DNA of 64,000 bases, from positions 7,378,001 through 7,442,000 of the forward strand of contig OX597835.1 of NCBI GenBank assembly GCA_951406725.2, given 5' to 3'. Source of the DNA: Octopus vulgaris. Lineage: Eukaryota. The translations under genes were made by a program, and so were the position numbers. The notes below the pieces were generated by a model. That model made no database searches, was not told where the DNA came from, and saw only the letters and a program-made list of their open reading frames with translations. Shown here in pieces: positions 56,637 to 64,000 of this stretch (the first letter of the stretch is position 1; every line of letters starts with the position of its first letter).

Positions 56637-56880
56637 TAAGTTTTTGCTTGTTTGTTCGTGTGTGTGTGTGTGTGTATGTGTGTGTAAATGTGTGTGTCTC
56701 CACTGGTGTTGGTTTGATCACGTCCTAATAACTGCTGCCCAGCAAAAGAGACCAATAGATTAAGTACCGGATTAAAAAAATAATAAGTCCTCGGTTTGAT
56801 TTACTTGAGTGAACCCTTGATGGCAGTGCCCCAGTATGGCCGCAGTCCACTGACTGGAACAAGTAAAATACAATAAAATA
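56430..56880 (+). mobile_element. Old SINE family A-related copy
   Basis: Diverged head and tail. Confidence 0.6.
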
Positions 56881-56967
56881 CACTGAATCTAAGTACTGAC
56901 GGTAAATACCGGCAAACCCCTACCGGTCACGTATATCCGCCTCAAACACTTTTCAGATTACATCAAT

Positions 56968-57383
56968 AGTCGCAGGAGTGGCTGTGTGGTAAGTAGCTTG
57001 TTAACCAACTACATGGTTCCGGGTTCAGTCCCACTGCGTGGCATCTTGGGCAAGTGTCTTCTGCTATAGCCCCGGGCCGACCAATGCCTTGTGAGTGGAT
57101 TTGGTAGACGGAAACTGAAAGAAGCCTGTCGTATATATGTATATATATATATATATATGTGTATGTGTGTGTTTGTGTGTCTGTGTTTGTCCCCCTAGCA
57201 TTGCTTGACAACCGATGTTGGTGTGTTTACGTCCCCGTCACTTAGCGGTTCGGCAAAAGAGACCGATAGAATAAGTGCTGGGCTTACAAAGAATAAGTCC
57301 CGGGGTCGATTTGTTCGACTAAAGGCGGTGCTTCAGCATGGCCGCAGTCAAAATGACTGAAACAAGTAAAAGAGTAAAAGAGT
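56968..57383 (+). mobile_element. SINE family A, full length
   Basis: Family A. Confidence 0.9.
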
Positions 57384-57720
57384 CTGGGAAGGGTGGGATT
57401 AATGTAAAGAGCTTAACTTAATTCCACAATTCGTAACAGATCTACAAATATTCATAGCTTCTCGGCGGCGCCAGAATATGATACCAGATTGATGTATCTA
57501 AAATATGATTAATGAAGAACTAATGGCCGTTCGTGAATCGTTTATGTAACTGCGACGATTTCTGGTGCTGTAACGCCTTGACCTATTGCGTGCAACAAAT
57601 GGAGCCCAGGCGGAGGTGTTGCGATGTCTCTAATAAAACTTTTGCTTGTTTGCTTGCCTTTTATTTTTGTGCTTCCCCTTGTTTCAGTCATTAAATTTTA
57701 CTGAAAATATATATATATAT

Positions 57721-57973
57721 AAGTTTACGAAGTCTAGACAAATATCTTCAGCTAGCAGGCCTTGCTACTCTAGACTGATGATGGGCAAAACCCTGAAACA
57801 TGCATGTATCTAGATGCAGGCCTAGCTGTTGGGGGTGTTTGTCTCCCCTTCGTAAATATATAAGGACACAGGAAATGTGTCAAGGCCTACAGGAAGCGTC
57901 GATGCTTCCTAGGGCTAAATGGCGGTGATGTAATTCCCTTACGGGACTGTCACGTTAAGTTGACAGTATACAA

Positions 57974-57976
<3 letters not shown>
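57721..57976 (+). mobile_element. Highly structured hammerhead-containing element (retrozyme/pLTR-like)
   Basis: Long hairpin 57724-57856 enclosing an HHR, followed by several hairpins; flanked by (TA)n and (CT)n(TA)n. Confidence 0.75.
57769..57814 (+). ncRNA. Canonical type I hammerhead ribozyme
   Basis: tctaga-CTGATGA-tggg caaaa ccct-GAAA-c atgcat g-TA-tctaga; palindromic stem III acatgcatgt; predicted GUA cleavage after 57808. Confidence 0.85.
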
Positions 57977-58053
<77 letters not shown>

Positions 58054-58674
58054 GCGATAGATAGTTAGATGTATATATATGTATGTTTGTATGTGTGTTT
58101 GTACGTATGCGTGTATGTGTGTATATATATATAGATGTATATGAATATGTTAATTTTATTTATGGAAACGTAACTTTCGATATAACTTCGTGTTGTTGTA
58201 TAACGCAAGGAAGAAGATAATTACTTTTTTTACGTCGCCTCTGAATTATTAACTACAACAACAGCCATCAGAGCCGCCGCAGTGTTTACGTTTCGTTCAG
58301 ATATATTATATGTTTAATTGATGCTGCCATAATGTCAAACTACGTCACCTAGAATTAGCCTAGAACGTTTAGCGATATATACAGCCATGGCAAGAAATGA
58401 ATTTATGACTTTATTCTTTACAAAACGATTTCATCTTAATCAAATTGATGGTTTTCCATGATGCTTTACATAAGTTTTGGAATATTTTAGAGTTAATTGT
58501 TGCCATTCAAATAGAAAATAGGAAAAATTACAAGAAGAGACAGTTCAGCGTCTGTAATATGAAAGTTTTGCTAAATGTTATGCAAATGAGGGCATAATTT
58601 GCTTTAGTGGCGGATATGGGTTTTTGAAATTGCGTAGATTGCTTCAGGGACATTGCTTCTGTCTTTTGTGTTGT

Positions 58675-58900
58675 ACTTGTTTCAGACATGATTCTGCGGC
58701 CGTGCTGGGGCAACGCCTTGAAGAGGTTTCCGGTGTCTATTATGTCTTTAAGCTTGATACTTATTAAGTTGGCTGCTTTTGCCGAACCGTTCAGTTGCAG
58801 AGTTGTGATACCCCAGCACCGGTTGTCAATGGGTGGTGATGGACAAACAAACTCGAAGACACGCACATACATGCACACACACAAACAAACACACACACAC
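58675..58900 (-). mobile_element. SINE family A 3' half, diverged
   Basis: Tail motif in reverse. Confidence 0.7.
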
Positions 58901-58927
58901 GCACACACAAATACAGAGAGAGAAAGA

Positions 58928-58965
<38 letters not shown>

Positions 58966-59369
58966 TAAATTTAAGGATTAACAAGTCAGTGAAGTCTTAA
59001 TACAAAAAATATAAAACACTTTTAATTCAAAAAATGTTCATATGTTTACATATAAAATGGCCCCACTTACACAATAGAAATGGTATCGGGAATTAAGGGG
59101 TTTTACGAGTCCAACAGCTATTTGTGGGGGTTTGGTGGTCCAAAATGATGATTGTAAATTGATTCTATCATCGGATAATATCTGCCTCATCCTTCAGATA
59201 AGAAGTTTTAAATTTGAGACATTGACAAAAAAAAAAGAGATTAAAGATAGAATGATTTCGTAGGGAACTAAGTGTATTATAAGGAGAATTAGGGGCTATT
59301 TAGACAGAGAGTAGTGGAAGTAGCGCCTATGGTAATTGTTCTTCCTATTCTTCCACGTAGTTGACAAAG

Positions 59370-60062
59370 AATGGGTTCCACGAAGGCGCAAAATGCAGTC
59401 ATTGAATTCTTGTCTTTAATGAATTCTTGAAGGTGGAGTGGAAACAGGCCTACACTCACTGAAGGTTGAACCATTGATAAGAGCAGTGTGCACAAATGGA
59501 TGAAGACGTATAAAAAGTGGGAAAACAGTCTTGAAGATAAACCACACAATATGTGACCATCAACTTCGACCGCTGATACGAATTGCCAGAGAGAAGATCA
59601 AATGTTTTTCGCGAACAGACGATTCACACAACGTGTGATAATACGACATTTAGACAGTAGTCGAAGCGCATCAGAGAAGATGGCGGTAAACTTAGGGTAT
59701 GGTGAAATGCGTGAAAAATGGGTTGACACCTGATTAAAAGGAAAGAAGAAGAGTGGTCTGCTGTGGCCTACTCGAAGCGTTTGCAGCGAATGAAGCCAGG
59801 TTTTTTTTCCTTCTCTATCTGGTAAAACAGGTTAAAATGTGTGCGTGTCCTTATGATCTGGAAATATGGAATGTTTTGGCATCTCTTCTCTACAGCCTAA
59901 ACAGTTCAAGAGTCAGCGCACGGTACCGAAAGTCATGTGACTACTGACTTGGTCTACATGGACGTCATTTTCTTTGATTTTCTGAAACATGGCTTTATAG
60001 TGAACAGCCAGCGGCACCGAGACAGAGAAGATGTTTTAAGAGAAGCCATTAAGAGGAAGAGA
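59370..60062 (+). mobile_element. Degenerate mariner transposase fragment
   Basis: QNAVIEFL, IDKSSVHKWMKTYKKWENSLEDKP, LGY..MREKWV, VIFFDFLKHGFIVNSQR...LREAIKRKR. Confidence 0.7.
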
Positions 60063-60139
60063 GCGAAAACGATGAATGCAGAGAGGGGGAGGAGAGGGAA
60101 CGAGAGATGAAAGAAGAGATGACGGAGTGAGGTGAATGA

Positions 60140-60900
60140 ACGAAAGGAAGGAGAGACGGAAGGTGGAAAGGAGGAGGTGGGGGTGGATGGACAGAAGGAA
60201 GGAGAGACGGAAGGTGGAAGGGAGGAGGTGGGGGTGGATGGACAGAAGGAAGGAGAGACGGAAGGTGGAAGGGAGGAGGTGGGGTGGATGGACAGAAGGA
60301 AGGAGAAACGGAAGGTGGAAGGGAGGAGGTGGGGTGGATGGATGGACAGAAGGAAGGAGAGACGGAAGGTGGAAGGGAGGAGGTGGGGTGGATGGACAGA
60401 AGGAAGGAGAGACGGAAGGTGGAAGGGAGGTGGGGTGGATGGACAGAAGGAAGGAGACGGAAGGTGGAAGGGAGGAGGTGGGGTGGATGGACAGAAGGAA
60501 GGAGAGACGGAAGGTGGAAGGGAGGAGGTGGGGTGGATGGACAGAAGGAAGGAGAGACGGAAGGTGGAAGGGAGGAGGTGGGGTGGATGGACAGAAGGAA
60601 GGAGAGACGGAAGGTGGAAGGGAGGAGGTGGGGGTGGATGGACAGAAGGAAGGAGAGACGGAAGGTGGAAGGGAAGGGGTGGGGTGGAAGGAAGAAAGGA
60701 AGGAGAGACGGAAGGTGGAAGGGAGGAGGTGGGGTGGATGGACAGAAAAAAGGAGAGACGGAAGGTGGAAGGGAGGAGGTGGGGGTGGATGGACAGGAGG
60801 AAGGAGAGACGGAAGGTGGAAGGGAGGAGGTGGGGTGGATGGACAGAAGGAAGGAGAGACGGAAGGTGGAAGGGAAGGGGTGGGGTGGAAGGAAGAACGG
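60140..60900. repeat. ~51-bp purine-rich minisatellite
   Basis: (gaaggaaggagagacggaaggtggaagggaggaggtggggtggatggaca)n, about 15 copies. Confidence 0.95.
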
Positions 60901-61119
60901 AGGGATTAAATGAAAGAAAACAAAAGAAACAAAAAAGGAATTTTTTTTTTTAAATAAAAGAATTTAATTGAATGAAAACAAGGATGAAATTATATTTTCA
61001 ACCTGGAAACAACAGCCGAAATGGAACAAAAACACATGGACTGTGAAGAAGAGAAAACAGCAATGAAATAAAATAATAAAACGAAATGTTATGAAATTAA
61101 CGAAATTGAAGAATCTAAT

Positions 61120-61700
61120 GCAATTGCTGTTGAGACAAATGTCTTTCATGCCTGCGGCGTCACAGAAACTCGTTGAGATACGAATCCAATGTAGAACGGT
61201 TAATGCTACAGGGCTGTTTGGCGAATTTTATAAACTCAACGATGTACTTCACCGTTCTATGGAGAAATCGGTACCCTGGTATCTCAAGAATATGTGAGTA
61301 TGTGCGCTACAGGTCACTGTAAATAGCCGTTCTCGGTAGAATTGATTGACGAATGCAATTTGCGAGTGTATCACGATCTCGAGAGGGCACAGCGAAAAGA
61401 ACAAAAAACAAATCTTCTTGTGTTTCGCGACACACTCCACCAAAAACGCACTTTCCGGGTAGCATACAAACCCCGGTTGTTGCAGTTTCTCCTCGAAGTT
61501 ACTGCTTCATCTATTTCAACAATTCTCTCTGAATCATCACCAGTCTCCATTTGATTGCGGAGCAAATCTCCCGTGCAGATCTCCAGTAAATGGTTTTTTA
61601 TAGTGTACTGCGATAGTGATACCAATCCGTAATTCCTCATTATAAAATCAAGTAGCTGTTAATTCTTTCACCCATAGCAATATGAGTAAGCAACGATACT
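61120..61700 (-). mobile_element. Merlin / ISXO2-like DDE transposase fossil
   Basis: IVEIDEAVTSRRNCNNRG, ILPGTAIYSDL.RTY...GYRFLHRTV, LDSYLNEFL*RR; frameshifted. Confidence 0.75.
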
Positions 61701-62414
61701 CTGAAGTTGCCAAGACAACAAACAGTTTCCAGTTCCGCTGTAATGGCACTGGCTTGAAATTCATTGGTGAAAAATATGTAAAATTATATGCTTCTAACTT
61801 CTTAATTATAAATTTTCCAAAATAAGGAATGCAATATTAGTCATCAGCATGCAAAACCATATCAGAAGAACAGTTTTTGAAAATTTTCAGCTGAAAATTT
61901 GTGGCTGGAAGTATACGAAAAAAGATCCTAAAATAAAACTCAATTTGGCTTTTACCAAAGCTGGCACACTAAGTGTGTCAGTGGGTTGGGAATAAAATAA
62001 ATAAATTTACAAATGACTTCATTACATATCAAGCTGTCTCCGGTTTTAATATGTTATTTTAAATATCCTATTACTTTTCCGGCTGTTTGGCTTCAAGTGA
62101 CCTTTATGAACTCCACTGTCCATCATTAAGTACTTCACTGCTGCCTCAGTTTCTTTCGCATAATTTTAAAAATCTATTTTTGCTTTAGCGTTAAATTTTC
62201 ATATCTCACATTATACCTTTCCATCTTCTCACACCTAGATACACACTAATACATCTACATACCCCTATTATCCCAACGTTAAACGTTGGCTGGTCTTTCC
62301 TTACCCAATCAAGGGATGTGTTTATTGCAAAAGATTTTCACTGAAAGTACTGCTAAAATGCACTATCTTCTTTAAGCAGAACTTTCTAGTATAAACCAAG
62401 ATTTTGCTTTAGAT

Positions 62415-62756
62415 TAATGTTTCTTAACGGGTCTTAGGATCCATATAAGGTTTTTGGGGCCCACACAACAAAATAGAAAATCGGGGATCGACAATAGTAT
62501 TTTAAGGGCCCCTGAAAATATTTGGCTTTAGATGTATGTATTGGAATGTATTGCAAGAAACAGCTAGGCTTGTTTATTCTCAAACATATTACATAGTTCA
62601 ACCTACACAAGTTAATGTGTGAAAAAACAAAGGAATATTAAAAGAACTACAAAATTAGTTTTTGAACATTGAATCGCTATGGGAATCCACCAGAAGGAAA
62701 TAGTAATCAAAGAAATTCATAGAAAAAAAAGAGAAAGAACGGTTGAGACCACCTAC
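62415..62756. mobile_element. Possible hAT-type MITE
   Basis: Ends resemble tgtttcttaac / ggttgagacca. Confidence 0.35.
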
Positions 62757-63764
62757 TTTAGATCCTTGGCGTTACATGATTATAATCTGAGTTTTCATAC
62801 TTTTGCGATCCTTTCAATTCACATGCAGACGACAGCTCTGACTTGTTATCGAGATCCATCAGCGAATCTTTCGCGTTTTCAATTTCTTCAGTTTCTGCTC
62901 GAATTGAATGCATAATCAGCATAATGATGTAGTTTTATATGCTAATCAATGGCATGTAATTAATTTCCGCCATGAATCAATAAATAAAGAGTTATCAGCT
63001 TTTAAAGTTTGCAAATTTTGGTTAGTTTAAGGCAATCGTAAGCCATATACAAATGTAAGCCTGTTTACATAGTAACAAGACAAATATGCTTGTGCCCATT
63101 AGTTGAGTGTACTCCTGTCGAGAGATGTGCTAAAAATAACAGCCAAATAGGCCTTAAATCACGCAATCCTACAATTTCTTTTGTTTATTTTTGCATAATC
63201 GTGTGAATTTCCGACTGCAGAATACAAATTCACAAAAATTTTCGGAAAATTTCAAAGAATTAAAAAATTATGAGGGATTATATGTCGTGCGTAAAGCAGA
63301 AGTTAATTGATTTACAGTTTGATGTTAAAACGCGTCACGCACAAAACGACAACTTCCAAATCCTGTTTTCTGACCGGACGAAAATAATCAAACTTTAAAC
63401 CTCTGTAACTTAAAATAAAAAAAAAAATTCCGGAAAAAGTGAAATATCTGCTGAGATTCCTCTCGGAAAACTGCGTCAATGCACCAAATTTTAAAATTTT
63501 CAATAAACTTTGAAATTTTCACAGATGCAGCAAAACACAAAAATCTCGATCCGCTTATCTTACACTAGCAGTAATGCAAAGCTCGGATAAAATGCCGTTA
63601 AGCGCTTGGCTCGCCGTGCTAACGTTTTTACGAGCTTGCAGTCTTGATATAATAAAATATTGGCTTCTAAATTTTTGGCACAACGCCAGCAAGCCCGGGG
63701 AACAGGTACGTCGAATACCAGCTGCCAGCTACCGCCCTTTGGTATATTAAAAATTTGAAAATAT

Positions 63765-63990
63765 TTATTTCTTTATTGTCCACAAGGGGCTAAACATAGA
63801 GTGGACAAACAAGGACAGCCGAAGGAATTAAGTCGATTAGATCGGTCACAGTGCGTAACTGGTACTTATTTAATCGATTCCGAAAGGATGAAAGGCAAAG
63901 TCGACCTCGGCGGATTTGAACTCAGAACGTAAAGACAGACGAAATATTTCGCTAAATATTTCGCTCAGGGTGCTAAATTATCTTATTCCT
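63765..63990 (-). mobile_element. SINE family B
   Basis: Family B reverse complement; additional head fragments at 63585-63740. Confidence 0.8.
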
Positions 63991-64000
63991 TTATTGCCCA

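Noticed and set aside
60132-60953. Three overlapping 200+ aa ORFs
   Set aside because: Stop-free minisatellite

Overview
AT-rich eukaryotic, repeat-dominated DNA, very likely an octopus/cephalopod intron or intergenic region. This is inferred from abundant tRNA-derived SINEs resembling the octopus OK/OR1/OR2 type and very long (TA)n, (TATG)n, (GATA)n, (TAA)n and (TG)n microsatellites. No intact host protein-coding gene is evident, and nearly all listed ORFs are microsatellite or repeat artefacts. Identifiable content: (1) about 30 SINE copies from at least 4 families, including chimeras; (2) many 5'-truncated R4/Dong-type (RLE endonuclease) LINE fragments embedded in (TAA)n or (TACA)n; (3) fossil DNA transposons (two hAT-like, two mariner, one Merlin/ISXO2-like, MITEs); (4) a CR1-group LINE 3' end whose tail matches the commonest SINE; (5) a Neptune-type Penelope-like fragment. 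The most notable signal is a set of type I hammerhead ribozyme (HHR) motifs. A 351-nt tandem, partly inverted non-coding unit (19589-20520) carries three HHRs with a compensated U3-A8 core. A distantly related element (57721-57976) has a canonical HHR and shares a structured downstream module with it. Together these look like a retrozyme/Penelope-pLTR-like family of potentially self-cleaving RNAs. All calls were made by eye; boundaries are approximate.
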